Virus record (IMG/VR): IMGVR_UViG_3300021168_000016
Location: 61,422-125,421 of that record
Strand: one strand, 5' to 3'
DNA length: 64,000 nt
Origin: a virus
Shown here one piece after another: positions 51,955-62,578 of the stretch; position 1 is the first letter of the stretch; each line of letters starts with the position of its first letter. A model generated the notes under the pieces. The model searched no databases. It had not been told where the DNA came from and saw nothing but the letters and a program-made list of their open reading frames with translations. A program made the position numbers and the translations under genes.

Positions 51955-52220
51955 GAAATTGGTCTAACAATCGATTTGTAACTAGATGTAAGCATGCAGC
52001 GCATGCTCGGAAGAACTGGGAAAAGACTAAAGATAACTTACATCCTGACTGCGGTAAGTTCAATAAGAACAAAAAGAGGTGTAAACGTGGACATCTTTTC
52101 ACACAAAAGAATACTCTCATTAACGCCGATGGAGCCCGGGTATGCAGAGAGTGCAGACGATACAACGAAAAGGCAAGGTATGATGCTAACGCAGCTAGGC
52201 CAAAAAGTAGAAACAGCTGA
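51951..52220 (+). CDS. HNH-associated CKRGH zinc-domain fragment
   Basis: [14 protein letters not shown]......RVCRECRR. Confidence 0.5.
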   Translation: MRNWSNNRFVTRCKHAAHARKNWEKTKDNLHPDCGKFNKNKKRCKRGHLFTQKNTLINADGARVCRECRRYNEKARYDANAARPKSRNS

Positions 52221-53637
52221 ATCGCCTGAGAAGTCTACTATAGAATGTGTCCCTGTTGAGATGGCAGAACTCAGGAATGCCGTAGCGAGATATTCTTGTC
52301 CTGAGTTCACTAGCCTTTGTCTGGCTGGTGATACACTAGTCGATGTATGTTGTAATGAAACAGAGTACCCAAAAGGTATTCCCATACAGCAGCTTGTAGG
52401 CACTGAAGGTTATGTATTCTCTTTTGATCCTTCAATGCGTCAACCGGTTGTCAAGAAATATTTCGATGTAAGAAAAACACAGGAAAATGTCCCTGTAGTT
52501 AAAGTTGAAATGCTGGCACTTCGAGGGACAAATACAATGGGAAGGAAATCAGAAACTGTAACAATACGTCTGACACCTGATCATTTAGTTCTTGTCATTA
52601 GGGGGTGGAATGGATACGAATGGGTTCCCGCAGGGAAACTAAAAATAGGAGACAGGATTTTCTCAGACCAACGTGGCAGAGGAGATACAATTAGATGTCA
52701 TTCAAGACATTCTCTAATTGCCCAATGCTTAATAGGAAGGAAACTTCGATCTGATGAAGATGCACATCACATCAATACTAATCATTTTGACAATACACCG
52801 ATAAATATAGAGGTACTAGCAGATGGAGAGCACTCTCGATTACATAGAAGTATGCAATATGGTTACGACGATATTATCGATGTGAATAAACTTGTTAAAC
52901 TTTATGAATCAAACCCAGAAATTTCTATCATTGATATTGCACAGGAATACAGATGCGATCCTTCAACAATTGAATCGAGACTTAAAGGAAGGACAAGAAT
53001 TAAATCGCAAGCTGAAATACTCCTAGCAAGGCGTTCTCGGGAACTTGAAAACGCTATGGAAGAATGTTCTGATTTGTATCAGGAGGGCTATACGACCAGA
53101 GAAATTAGTATGTACTTTGAAGTACATGATACAACTATATTGCAGTGGCTTAGAAAAAAAGGAATACAACTACGTGAATCAAATAGGAGTAGGGCATTAA
53201 GAAAGTCACTCGACTTACCGTCGTTAAATCATAAAGTTATTAGCGTTACTAGTGACGGTACTTCAGATGTTTACAATATGGAAGTTGAAGACACTGAATG
53301 TTTCTTCGCTAATGAAATCGTAGTTCACAATTGTCCTGTTACTGGACAGCCTGACTATGCAAAGCTATATATTGATGTAATTCCCAACATGTGGCTACCT
53401 GAATCAAAGAGCTTAAAGTTATTCCTAGGTGCCTTCAGACAGCACGGCGGCTTTCATGAAGAAACCACTGTCTATATTGGGACAAGGCTGCATGATGCTT
53501 GCCATCCCACATGGATCAGGATTGCAGGACTATGGTTTCCTCGCGGCGGCATCGGGATTGATTGTTTCTGGGAAAAAGGCCACAAAGGAACTACCTACGT
53601 ACCTACATTAAGGCAGAGAAATTATGAGGGAAGATAA
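52180..53637 (+). CDS. queF: PreQ0 reductase (type I) with intein
   Basis: PEFTSL|intein|[28 protein letters not shown]. Confidence 0.9.
   Translation: MMLTQLGQKVETAESPEKSTIECVPVEMAELRNAVARYSCPEFTSLCLAGDTLVDVCCNETEYPKGIPIQQLVGTEGYVFSFDPSMRQPVVKKYFDVRKTQENVPVVKVEMLALRGTNTMGRKSETVTIRLTPDHLVLVIRGWNGYEWVPAGKLKIGDRIFSDQRGRGDTIRCHSRHSLIAQCLIGRKLRSDEDAHHINTNHFDNTPINIEVLADGEHSRLHRSMQYGYDDIIDVNKLVKLYESNPEISIIDIAQEYRCDPSTIESRLKGRTRIKSQAEILLARRSRELENAMEECSDLYQEGYTTREISMYFEVHDTTILQWLRKKGIQLRESNRSRALRKSLDLPSLNHKVISVTSDGTSDVYNMEVEDTECFFANEIVVHNCPVTGQPDYAKLYIDVIPNMWLPESKSLKLFLGAFRQHGGFHEETTVYIGTRLHDACHPTWIRIAGLWFPRGGIGIDCFWEKGHKGTTYVPTLRQRNYEGR
52318..53331 (+). mobile_element. Intein with HNH endonuclease in QueF
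   Basis: Starts CLAGDTLV; LTPDH; [21 protein letters not shown]; HTH repeats; ends [22 protein letters not shown]. Confidence 0.92.
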
Positions 53638-53823
53638 CATGTCAATGTGTCCCCATTGCAACTATCCATTAATACCTAGACCCCAATCGCAATCAGGTAT
53701 TCCCGGTACAGTGGCTTATATGGTATCATGCACTCACTGTGAAGCTATCCTGCGGGTTGAAATAACCACTTTGAAAGAACCTGATCAAGAGAGGATTCAA
53801 CGAGGAAGGAAAGAGAAGATAGC

Positions 53824-54837
53824 ATGAGTGAAATACTTACGGATGCTGATGTACGATTCATTAATAGTGGCTCAACTCTTTTAGATCTCGCTTTAGGTGG
53901 AGGATGGGCTATTCCTCGTATCTTTAATCTCGTAGGAGATAAGTCGTCTGGGAAGACCCTCCTTGCGATAGAAAGCTTTGCCAACTTCTCTAGAGCATTC
54001 CCTGATGGACGTATGCGCTATGCAGAAGCTGAGAGCGCCTTCGATGAAGTCTATGCTTCTATCCTTGGCTTCCCAAAGAACGTAACTAAACCTGCTGATG
54101 GTATGTTAACTACTGTCCAGGAGTTCCAAGAGGATCTAAAGAAGTTTGTAGCAGAAGGAATCGAATCAAAGACGCCCGGACTATACATCCTAGACTCACT
54201 GGATGCACTCAGCGATGATGCTGAAGTTAAGGAGTTCTTTAGGGAAAAGAAACCGGATGAGGATCCAAAGGGATCCTATGGAATGAGTAAGCCGAAAGAG
54301 ATGTCAAAGCTATTCCGCGTGCTTACACAGGAGATTGAAAAGAGTAACACTAGCCTTGGGATCATCAGCCAGATAAGAGATAACATCAGTACCTTCCCAA
54401 TGAGAGGAGAGTCAAAGACTCGGTCTGGTGGCCACGCATTAGACTTCTACTCAAGTCAAATCGTCTGGCTTAGGGAGATAGATAAACTTAAAAGAGTATA
54501 CCTCGGTGAAGAACGCACTATCGGGATTGAGGTAGAAGCAGTCGTTAAGAAAAATAAGGTTGGCTTCCCTTTCCGTACAGCTAAATTTCCAATAATCTTC
54601 GCCTATGGAGTAGACGACGAACAAAGCATCCTGGATTGGTTGAAGCTACGAGGTCAGATCACAGGTGAATCTAGTTTAATCTTTAAGAAGAGGTTACACG
54701 CTGCTAGAGAGAAGAAGGACTATGTAGATCTCAAAGCAATCAAATCAGAGTTAGTACTGGATGCCTGTAGGGTCTGGGCAAAGATCCAAGATGAAATGGC
54801 GCCTCCAGTTAGGAAGTACGCAGAGGAATTACGATGA
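53824..54837 (+). CDS. recA: RecA/UvsX recombinase
   Basis: SGSTLLDLALGGG, GDKSSGKT, ILDSLDAL, SQIRD, SGGHALDFYSS, KKNKVGFPFR. Confidence 0.92.
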   Translation: MSEILTDADVRFINSGSTLLDLALGGGWAIPRIFNLVGDKSSGKTLLAIESFANFSRAFPDGRMRYAEAESAFDEVYASILGFPKNVTKPADGMLTTVQEFQEDLKKFVAEGIESKTPGLYILDSLDALSDDAEVKEFFREKKPDEDPKGSYGMSKPKEMSKLFRVLTQEIEKSNTSLGIISQIRDNISTFPMRGESKTRSGGHALDFYSSQIVWLREIDKLKRVYLGEERTIGIEVEAVVKKNKVGFPFRTAKFPIIFAYGVDDEQSILDWLKLRGQITGESSLIFKKRLHAAREKKDYVDLKAIKSELVLDACRVWAKIQDEMAPPVRKYAEELR

Positions 54838-55027
54838 AGGCAATTAGAGTAATCATTGGGCTTATAGGAGTATTCATTAGAATACCGATTTGGTATTTCC
54901 TATTGTATACGCTGCTCAAAGCAGTCCTTGTTGACAGGCTTGTATGGTTTCTATTCTGGATATACGTTCCTCTGGGAATCTTCCTTGAACTGGTAGAGTT
55001 AACTGTAAAGAATCTTACGGAGGAGAA

Positions 55028-55519
55028 GTGAAGCCGGGTGCCGGCAAAGGGAAAGGCAGCAATTACGAAAGAGAAGTAGGAGCGAAACTGAGCTTATGGA
55101 TCAGTAAAGGAGAACGAAAGGATCTAATCTGTCGTACTGTTCTATCTGGCGGACAGTTCACGATGGCATCTATAGGGAATGCAGGTGATCTAATGGCCCA
55201 GCATCCTTTAGCATTTCCTTTCTTTGCTCGAGTAGTTGTTGAATGTAAGTGCTGGAGAGATCTACAACTTATTAGATTCCTATACAAAGATGGGGATCTG
55301 TATAAGGCTCTTCTGAAAGTACAGATGGAAGCAGGGAAGGTAGGAAAGACATGGTGGCTAGTCTGTAAACAAAATCATGGACCTACTCTACTTTTTACAT
55401 CAGAAAAGCATCCACTCGAATCGTGTCACATACTATTCAATGGTTCGGTATACATGTTTAAGCTAGATGAATTCTTAAGAGCAATATCTCACGATAGATA
55501 TATAGGAGATAAAGGATGA
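55028..55519 (+). CDS. Holliday junction resolvase (PD-(D/E)xK)
   Basis: GKGKGSNYEREV...R...SGG...GDL...VVECK. Confidence 0.8.
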   Translation: MKPGAGKGKGSNYEREVGAKLSLWISKGERKDLICRTVLSGGQFTMASIGNAGDLMAQHPLAFPFFARVVVECKCWRDLQLIRFLYKDGDLYKALLKVQMEAGKVGKTWWLVCKQNHGPTLLFTSEKHPLESCHILFNGSVYMFKLDEFLRAISHDRYIGDKG

Positions 55520-56382
55520 TAAACCTTAAACAGTCTATACAAGCAGCAGTTCCTAACTGGAAGGGTGATCTGCTTGTACACGTAATGGGATGGTTCGGTG
55601 ATGGTAAAGTTCATCGTGTGAACCGTTACACTTCTAACAATCCCGGTGTCATTGCTAAGCAGTTAAACGCAATGGAGGCAATTGGAATCGATGGAATAGT
55701 ACTGACTTGGCAAGGTCCTACTGTTAACCCTTTCCTGCACAACACAGCTATCAAACTGTGGGAAGGCTGTATGGAAAGACAGATGCTATTTGCATTGCTG
55801 CTTGATCCATGGATCGCTAAGAACCAACCGAATCCTACCCAAGCAGTTATCACTGCGTTGCAGTCTGCAGATTGTCAAATGATACTTGCGTCTCCCGCTT
55901 ATCTACTTGAAGACTATATCCTTGAGTTTGATTTAGCCAATTCAGCCGGAGTAAATATACAGACAGTTCAAGCAGCTATTCCTGATATACCTCTCCTGTC
56001 TTGGCATACAGGATTCTCCTGGCCTAATATCGGAGCTAATCCTTCTAATCCTACAGATTCTTTGGCGACACTGAAGGCAGATAACGCTAAGCCTACAATG
56101 AAGGTTGCAGGTGTAAACATAGGATTTAATGATGCGGGATCACCTTTGCCTGTAGGAGCTACACCATCTAATTTCCTTGGTGTTAGGAATTACGGTACAT
56201 CTGTCTGGGGTGGTCCACCTAGGGTTATTGATCATCAGGCAGGCAATTGGTTCTACGATCAGCTAGCTGTAATCCCTTCCTCAGTCCCTTATATCTCATT
56301 AGTCACATGGAATGATCATGATGAAGGCACAGGGATTGAACAAGTTATTGCTGCGTTAACAGGCGTTAGGATTGGAATATGA
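55516..56382 (+). CDS. Glycoside hydrolase-like protein (GH99/GH71-like)
   Basis: HVMGWF, QLNAMEAIGIDGIVLTWQG, LVTWNDHDEGTGIE. Confidence 0.6.
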   Translation: MINLKQSIQAAVPNWKGDLLVHVMGWFGDGKVHRVNRYTSNNPGVIAKQLNAMEAIGIDGIVLTWQGPTVNPFLHNTAIKLWEGCMERQMLFALLLDPWIAKNQPNPTQAVITALQSADCQMILASPAYLLEDYILEFDLANSAGVNIQTVQAAIPDIPLLSWHTGFSWPNIGANPSNPTDSLATLKADNAKPTMKVAGVNIGFNDAGSPLPVGATPSNFLGVRNYGTSVWGGPPRVIDHQAGNWFYDQLAVIPSSVPYISLVTWNDHDEGTGIEQVIAALTGVRIGI

Positions 56383-57068
56383 ATTATATTTTATACCTGA
56401 TAACTAATCTTATAACTGGGAAGGTCTATGTTGGACAGACTATCCAATCAATTTCTATAAGATGGGTTGAACATTGTTGTACAAGAGATAAAGATTGTTT
56501 CTACCTACAAAATGCCATAAAGAAATATGGAAAGAAAAACTTTAAGATAGAAGAATTATGTAGAGTATCTACACAAGAGGAATTAGATTTTGTAGAAATA
56601 CTATTTATACAAGCACTTCATGCAACTGACCTCAACTTTGGTTACAATCTACGTGATGGAGGTAGTCGAGGAGCACACTCAGCACGTAGTAGGCAGTTAA
56701 TGTCAATCGTAGCTATAGGTAGACCGAAGTCAGAAGAACATAGAAAACATGTCGGGGATGCAAGAAGGAGGAAATGTATAGAAGATCCAGCATTTAGAAA
56801 GAAACTTAGTGATATAGGAAAGGCCAGAACAGCAAAATTTACCCTTGAAGAACGTCGTAAACAAACAGATTACATGCGTACCTTCATAAAGCCGCTATCA
56901 AAAGAGGTGCGTAAAAGGATAGGAGAAATAAACAGTACTAAGAAAAGAACAGAAGCGGAGAAAGCTCATCTCAGAGAGTGTACAATTCGTCAATTTGCGA
57001 AGAAAAGAATGGGTAAATTTCATTATATTCAAATTCAAAGAACGATTTCTATGGGTCTCTGTATATGA
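56379..57068 (+). CDS. Free-standing GIY-YIG homing endonuclease (NUMOD3 repeats)
   Basis: LYLITNLITGKVYVGQT...RW..H...NAIKKYG...GYNLRDGG; KSEEHRKH. Confidence 0.88.
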   Translation: MNYILYLITNLITGKVYVGQTIQSISIRWVEHCCTRDKDCFYLQNAIKKYGKKNFKIEELCRVSTQEELDFVEILFIQALHATDLNFGYNLRDGGSRGAHSARSRQLMSIVAIGRPKSEEHRKHVGDARRRKCIEDPAFRKKLSDIGKARTAKFTLEERRKQTDYMRTFIKPLSKEVRKRIGEINSTKKRTEAEKAHLRECTIRQFAKKRMGKFHYIQIQRTISMGLCI

Positions 57069-58054
57069 ATTATCTTCTTACCGGTGATCTTCACTTAACT
57101 GATCATCCTATGGATGAGTATAGATGGGCTATCTTTGATGTATTGAAAGAGTTTTCTATAAAGCACAAAATCAACCAAGTATTTTTCTTAGGTGATATTT
57201 GGGATAGACGTGACAGGCACTCTTCACTTCTTGTCAATAGATCAGTAGCAAGTATAATCGATTTACAGGCTATCGGCCATACGGAAGTAATTATAACAGC
57301 AGGCAATCATGATAAACCAGTTAACGGCCCTTACTTCTGGGAGTTTCTAAATGAAGCAAACCTTAGATATATCACGAAACCTTTATTACTTAGTGATATA
57401 TGGCTACTACCATTTTCTTCTGATCCCGTATCTGAATGGAAGGATTTAGATTTCAAGTCCGCTAAAGCAATTTTCATGCATCAAACTGGACAAGGAGTAA
57501 CGATACAAGATCACGAACTTACCTCTAATAATCTTCCTACTTTCCCAGAAGGAGTTCCTGTATTTTCAGGTGATGTTCATACACCGCAGGAAGCTAATGG
57601 GATCGTCTACGTTGGGACGCCATACCCGATAAAGTTTAGCGAATCATGGGGTAATCGTATCATCCTCGTTAAGGATGATAATTTCAGAGATTACCAGTCA
57701 GTTCCAGTAGATATCATGCAGCGAGCAATTCTCGATATCAGTTCATCTGATGAGATGGGAACCTTTAAATTAAATCCCGGGAGTCAAGTTCGGATACGGT
57801 ATAGATTAACAGGCGCCAATTTGGCCAATTGGCCAGTAGAAGAGCACCTTGTTCGCGGCTGGTGTGAAACAATGAAGATAAATCCTGTAAGTATAGAAGC
57901 AGTCCTTGAAGGGGGTGGGTTAACGCCTGAAGTAAAAAGTAATCAGATCGAACTTTTATCTCCTGAGGAAATTATAAAGATGTTCTGTAAAGAAGAGAAG
58001 CTCAGTGAAGATATCCTAACTTGTGGCCTACAACTTGTACAGGAGAGTAAGTAG
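57065..58054 (+). CDS. SbcD/Mre11-like nuclease
   Basis: GDLH, LGDIWD, GNHD, FMHQ, SGDVH, YVGTP. Confidence 0.9.
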   Translation: MNYLLTGDLHLTDHPMDEYRWAIFDVLKEFSIKHKINQVFFLGDIWDRRDRHSSLLVNRSVASIIDLQAIGHTEVIITAGNHDKPVNGPYFWEFLNEANLRYITKPLLLSDIWLLPFSSDPVSEWKDLDFKSAKAIFMHQTGQGVTIQDHELTSNNLPTFPEGVPVFSGDVHTPQEANGIVYVGTPYPIKFSESWGNRIILVKDDNFRDYQSVPVDIMQRAILDISSSDEMGTFKLNPGSQVRIRYRLTGANLANWPVEEHLVRGWCETMKINPVSIEAVLEGGGLTPEVKSNQIELLSPEEIIKMFCKEEKLSEDILTCGLQLVQESK

Positions 58055-58055
58055 T

Positions 58056-58358
58056 ATGAAAAAACAACTTGCTGTAGTTCTTATGCTGATTACATTCTCT
58101 GCGTGTGCTGATGTCAATACGAGAGATATACCTAGCCCCTATAAAGATAAGATAGCTGGCTACAAAGCTGATGTTGTATCCTTACAGCATAAATGTGCTG
58201 ATCTACAGAAACAAATGGCTGAGCTACAAGCGCAGGTTGGGTGGGATACCCAACAACTTGATATCACAACCAATGAAGCTCTAAGTTCTCTTGGTTATTC
58301 AAACAAACAGTGGACCGTAAATATTGATAAGATGAAGATCGAACCTAAACAGAAATGA
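58056..58358 (+). CDS. Small secreted/lipoprotein with coiled coil
   Basis: MKKQLAVVLMLITFSAC leader. Confidence 0.5.
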   Translation: MKKQLAVVLMLITFSACADVNTRDIPSPYKDKIAGYKADVVSLQHKCADLQKQMAELQAQVGWDTQQLDITTNEALSSLGYSNKQWTVNIDKMKIEPKQK

Positions 58359-60253
58359 AAACTATAACTCTAAATAGTCTAGTTCTTAAGAACTTCCGTT
58401 CGTATCAGGATGAGACTGTTTATTTTTCTCACACAATAGGACTAAAACTACTGGGCGGAGATAATCATATAGAAACTCGACTAGGAAGCAATGGGAGTGG
58501 GAAAAGCTCTTGTTGGAGTGGAGTTTGTTGGGTAGCTTATGGAACAGGAATTCGTGGAGAGAAGATATCATCTTTGCTTTCATGGGGTGAAGATAAAGCA
58601 GAAGGAATACTTAATCTAACTATTGACGGGATTGCGAATGTAATCCAACGTACAGGTCCACCAAATAAAGTTACTATCAATGGGGAAGCCGCAACACAGG
58701 AGCAAGTCGATAACCTCATTGGGTTACCCAAACATCGATTTCTAAATAGTGTTATCTTTGGACAAGGAATCCCGTTATTCCCTGATCTTACAACTCCTGA
58801 ACGGGGCCAGCTACTCGATGAGGTGTTGAATCTCGATCTTTGGAACAAGTGTTCAGAGACTGCCACTAAGAAATACACTAGCCTAGAGAAATCTAAGTAC
58901 GATGTACTACTCCAACTCTCATCTATTGAAGGGAAGATATCTGGACTAGAGACAGAGCAAGAGATCAACTATAAGCTAGCCATTTGGAACGAATCTAGGA
59001 CTAACGCGATCGGTGATCTTAAACAGAAGCGAAGCGATTGGAAAGAGAATATCATCCGATCTGCTGAAGATAAAGAAAGAGAACTCACCCAACTCGAAAC
59101 TGAAATCAATGAGACAGTAGATATACTGTCCGATCAGACTACAGGAGATGAGGATCAGATAGAAGAAACAGAAAAGATACTTTCGGGCTACTACACAAGG
59201 TATAGTGAAATACAGGGAGAATATCATCACGCAAAAGTTACGATTGAGAACTTATCTACCGCAGAGGGATTCTGGATAAATGATAAGTGTCCTGCATGTA
59301 GTCAACCTATCACGAAAGAACAGAAAGAAACTTCTTTAGCAACTATCAACATTTCAAAGAAAGAAGCTATCCAAGAGAAGGATAGAACAGAAAAACTCAG
59401 TTTACTTATCGATGATCAGATCCAAGAATTGAAGAAGCTACTTGATAAATACAAGAGAGGTTCAATCGAGAAGCAAACAAAGCAGATAGCAGCAGAAAGA
59501 GAATACAATAAGCTTGGTGATAGAATTAAACAGTTAAAGAAAGAGGGAGAACGACTAGTCTCAGAGCTTGAGAAAGATTCAGATCCTTACTCTGCACAGA
59601 TAGTACAGCTGCAGCATCAAGAGAATCCTTACACGAAAGCATTGAATGAGAACAAGCTAAGGCGAAGGCAACTGACAGCAGACCTAACAAAGTATCAGGA
59701 AGAGCTTAAGAAGGCTGAGAGTTCGTTAGTTGCTGTTGAATTCTGGAAGACCGGCTTTAAACGTATTCGGTTATATTTCATTCAGCAAATTCTTACATCA
59801 CTAGAAATAGAAATCAAGTCAGCCATATCAGCTCTTGGGTTGGAGGGTTGGTCCATAAAGTTATCCACAGAACAGGAAACTAAAAGTGGGTCTGTGAGAT
59901 TGGGTATATCCTTACAGGTCACAAGCCCAACAGCTACCAGTAGCTGGGAAAGTTGGTCAGGCGGTGAAGCGCAAAGACTACGACTTGCAGTTGCTCTCGG
60001 CCTTGGTTCACTCATCCAACGAGCTAGCGGTACGAGCTTTTCATTTGAGATATTTGACGAACCAACTAATTTCCTCTCTACCGAAGGAATTGAAGACCTC
60101 CTTGAAGCACTTAATTACCGAGCCCAATCGCAGCGAAAACAAATATGGATTGTAGACCATCGCGCGCTAACCTACAGTGGCTTCAGCGAAATCTGGAGTG
60201 CAGTGAAAGGCATTAAAGGAACTAAAATTATTAAACTTAGCGAGGCGGCATGA
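58355..60253 (+). CDS. SbcC/Rad50-like ATPase
   Basis: NGSGKS, CPAC zinc hook, WSGGE, IFDEP. Confidence 0.92.
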   Translation: MKTITLNSLVLKNFRSYQDETVYFSHTIGLKLLGGDNHIETRLGSNGSGKSSCWSGVCWVAYGTGIRGEKISSLLSWGEDKAEGILNLTIDGIANVIQRTGPPNKVTINGEAATQEQVDNLIGLPKHRFLNSVIFGQGIPLFPDLTTPERGQLLDEVLNLDLWNKCSETATKKYTSLEKSKYDVLLQLSSIEGKISGLETEQEINYKLAIWNESRTNAIGDLKQKRSDWKENIIRSAEDKERELTQLETEINETVDILSDQTTGDEDQIEETEKILSGYYTRYSEIQGEYHHAKVTIENLSTAEGFWINDKCPACSQPITKEQKETSLATINISKKEAIQEKDRTEKLSLLIDDQIQELKKLLDKYKRGSIEKQTKQIAAEREYNKLGDRIKQLKKEGERLVSELEKDSDPYSAQIVQLQHQENPYTKALNENKLRRRQLTADLTKYQEELKKAESSLVAVEFWKTGFKRIRLYFIQQILTSLEIEIKSAISALGLEGWSIKLSTEQETKSGSVRLGISLQVTSPTATSSWESWSGGEAQRLRLAVALGLGSLIQRASGTSFSFEIFDEPTNFLSTEGIEDLLEALNYRAQSQRKQIWIVDHRALTYSGFSEIWSAVKGIKGTKIIKLSEAA

Positions 60254-60840
60254 TACTAAAGATAGATCACAGTATTCATGACATTAATCTAGAACCATTC
60301 CTTCAGTATGGTAGCCCTGATACTAAAGGATATCTTATCCTGGGCGCTGGAGTAGACCAATATAAATTACTGGCATGCCTTTCTAAGCAGCTACCACTAG
60401 GATCACGGGTTGGCGACCTTGGTACTTTCTACGGGAATTCAGCTATTGCATTAGCATCTAATCCAGGCATTAGTGTTCTAACTTGTGATACTACAGATCA
60501 TGTTCGGGGGGAATGTATTGGTTACAAGAATATGGGTAACATAGGTTATCAACGTTGTCCCGCAATTGAGCTGTTACCTCTTCTAATAAATGCCGCCTTA
60601 ATAGTTGTAGATATTGGATTACACACCGGGCCACTTGAACAGGAAGTTCTCGATTATCTTATCGCTCATCGCTACAAAGGGATCGCAGTATTCGATGATA
60701 TCCATTACAGTGAAGGAATGAAAGCATTCTGGAATAATATCAAGCTGAAGAAGTTTGATGTTACACCGGTAGGGCACTGGTCAGGATCAGGGATTGTAGT
60801 CTTTGATCCAAGTACGATTGATGTAGAGGTGAATCTATAA
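60250..60840 (+). CDS. Class I SAM methyltransferase-like protein
   Basis: DLGTFYGNSAIAL, VDIG.H, FDDIH, GHWSGSG. Confidence 0.65.
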   Translation: MILKIDHSIHDINLEPFLQYGSPDTKGYLILGAGVDQYKLLACLSKQLPLGSRVGDLGTFYGNSAIALASNPGISVLTCDTTDHVRGECIGYKNMGNIGYQRCPAIELLPLLINAALIVVDIGLHTGPLEQEVLDYLIAHRYKGIAVFDDIHYSEGMKAFWNNIKLKKFDVTPVGHWSGSGIVVFDPSTIDVEVNL

Positions 60841-61208
60841 TGTTTACGATTAGAAAGCAGTTCTCATTTGAAGCTGCCCATCACTTAGTTGGCCTACACA
60901 AAGATCATCCCTGCATGAGGCAACATGGCCACTCGTATCGTGTAGAAGTTACTCTTCAATCCGAGACTCTTAACGATGTTGGATTTATAGTTGACTATCG
61001 AGAACTCGATGAATTGAAGCAGTATATCGATCGTAAATTCGACCATAAAGATTTGAACGATGTTGTTGAAATAACAACAGCTGAAAGTCTCGCAAAGCAT
61101 TTCTTCTTTTTCTGTAGGTCTAGATGGCCGCTGGTTACTAAAGTGGGAGTTAGTGAGACACAGAAGACATGGGCTGAGTATTCTTCTCCAAGTTTTGAGA
61201 TCCTATGA
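60840..61208 (+). CDS. queD: 6-carboxytetrahydropterin synthase
   Basis: FEAAHHL, C.RQHGHSY, FDHKDLND, TTAESLA, VSET. Confidence 0.95.
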   Translation: MFTIRKQFSFEAAHHLVGLHKDHPCMRQHGHSYRVEVTLQSETLNDVGFIVDYRELDELKQYIDRKFDHKDLNDVVEITTAESLAKHFFFFCRSRWPLVTKVGVSETQKTWAEYSSPSFEIL

Positions 61209-62578
61209 TATCTCCAAGCAAAATCGAGCAGGCTGTCCTTAGCCTCCTGTGTTTCTCTACAGAACAGGCATCGCTGTTTGCATTAAAGGTTACAGACCAG
61301 AAGTTCTTTACCAATAGGACAAACAAAGCTATCGCCAAAACAGCCTTAGATTACATCTCTAAGTATAGTACTGCCCCACAGATGCAATTGGAAGCTTTAC
61401 TTGAAACAGAATTACGTAGAGGCGAAGAAGGAATTCTCTTACGGAAGACTATAGAAGAGTTGCAGATTCTACTCCCATCGCTTGATCCAAAATTCATCTA
61501 CGAGGAGCTCGATCAGTTCCTTGAAAGCCAGACATTAACGCTCCACTTAACCCAAGCCTTAGAATTGCTACAGGAAGGAGATCTTGCGAAGGCTAAAGAG
61601 ACAATGTATAAACAGTCTCTGCGGGTAGCAGAAGGCACACCAGGTATCTGGTTAACCGATCCCAGACAATCCTTAAAGTTTATGGATGCCGATGAAGAAG
61701 GTGATTTCTTCTCATCTGGGATCGATTATCTAGATACTAAAGGAATCAGGCCCGATAGGAAGACCTTCTTATTGATGATGGCAGCAGCTAAGAAAGGGAA
61801 GAGTTGGTTCCTAGTACAGTGTGGTAGATCAGGAATACAGTTTAGACATAAGGTACTGCATGTCACACTTGAACTTAGCGAAGATAAAACATCACGAAGA
61901 TATATTCAGTCTCTCTTTGGATTAACCTCTTCTGTAGCAATGGAGATTAAGACTACAATATTCCAATATGATCGGGCAACAGAATCAGTTCGATTTGACG
62001 TAGCTAATTTCCAACGTAATTCTGTCTATGCAGAGAAAAAGGATATTCAAGATAAGCTTTTATGGAGCAGAGGTGAGTTGCTGATTAAAGAATTCCCCAC
62101 GGGTACGCTGTCAACCGAACACCTACTCCTATATCTGGATACCCTAAAGCGTGAAAGGGGCTTTGTTCCCGACCTAATAATACTTGATTATGCAGACCTT
62201 ATGAAACTAGATGCAAGGGAACTACGCATTGACACAGGGCGGTTGTACAAAGAGCTGCGCGGTATCTCTGGGTTAGGCTATGCTTTGGTATCAGCCTCCC
62301 AAGGCAACAGAGATTCGGCAAATGCAAAGGTTGTGGACGTAACCAATGTTGCTGAAGACTGGTCTAAGATAGGAACAGTGGACGTAATACTTACGTATAA
62401 CCAAACTGCTGCAGAGAAACAGCTGGGACTTGCGAGGATATTCGTAGCAGGAGGAAGGGATGCTGAAGATAGATTTATGACATTGATCTCGCAGAGTTAC
62501 GATACGGGACAATTCGCTATTTCAAGTACGCCAATGAATCTAGAACTGGCTGACAAACTTGCCGCAATGACAAGTTAG
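61205..62578 (+). CDS. DnaB-like replicative helicase
   Basis: AAKKGKS Walker A, VTLELS, IKEFPTG, ILDYADLM, SASQGNR, AEDWSK. Confidence 0.85.
   Translation: MISPSKIEQAVLSLLCFSTEQASLFALKVTDQKFFTNRTNKAIAKTALDYISKYSTAPQMQLEALLETELRRGEEGILLRKTIEELQILLPSLDPKFIYEELDQFLESQTLTLHLTQALELLQEGDLAKAKETMYKQSLRVAEGTPGIWLTDPRQSLKFMDADEEGDFFSSGIDYLDTKGIRPDRKTFLLMMAAAKKGKSWFLVQCGRSGIQFRHKVLHVTLELSEDKTSRRYIQSLFGLTSSVAMEIKTTIFQYDRATESVRFDVANFQRNSVYAEKKDIQDKLLWSRGELLIKEFPTGTLSTEHLLLYLDTLKRERGFVPDLIILDYADLMKLDARELRIDTGRLYKELRGISGLGYALVSASQGNRDSANAKVVDVTNVAEDWSKIGTVDVILTYNQTAAEKQLGLARIFVAGGRDAEDRFMTLISQSYDTGQFAISSTPMNLELADKLAAMTS

Noticed and set aside
51994-52179. Long N-terminal extension of queF
   Set aside because: Overlaps the CKRGH ORF; QueF similarity and the RBS begin at ATG 52180
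316-62512. Numerous short minus-strand ORFs antisense to well-supported + strand genes
   Set aside because: Shadow ORFs with no RBS or recognisable motifs
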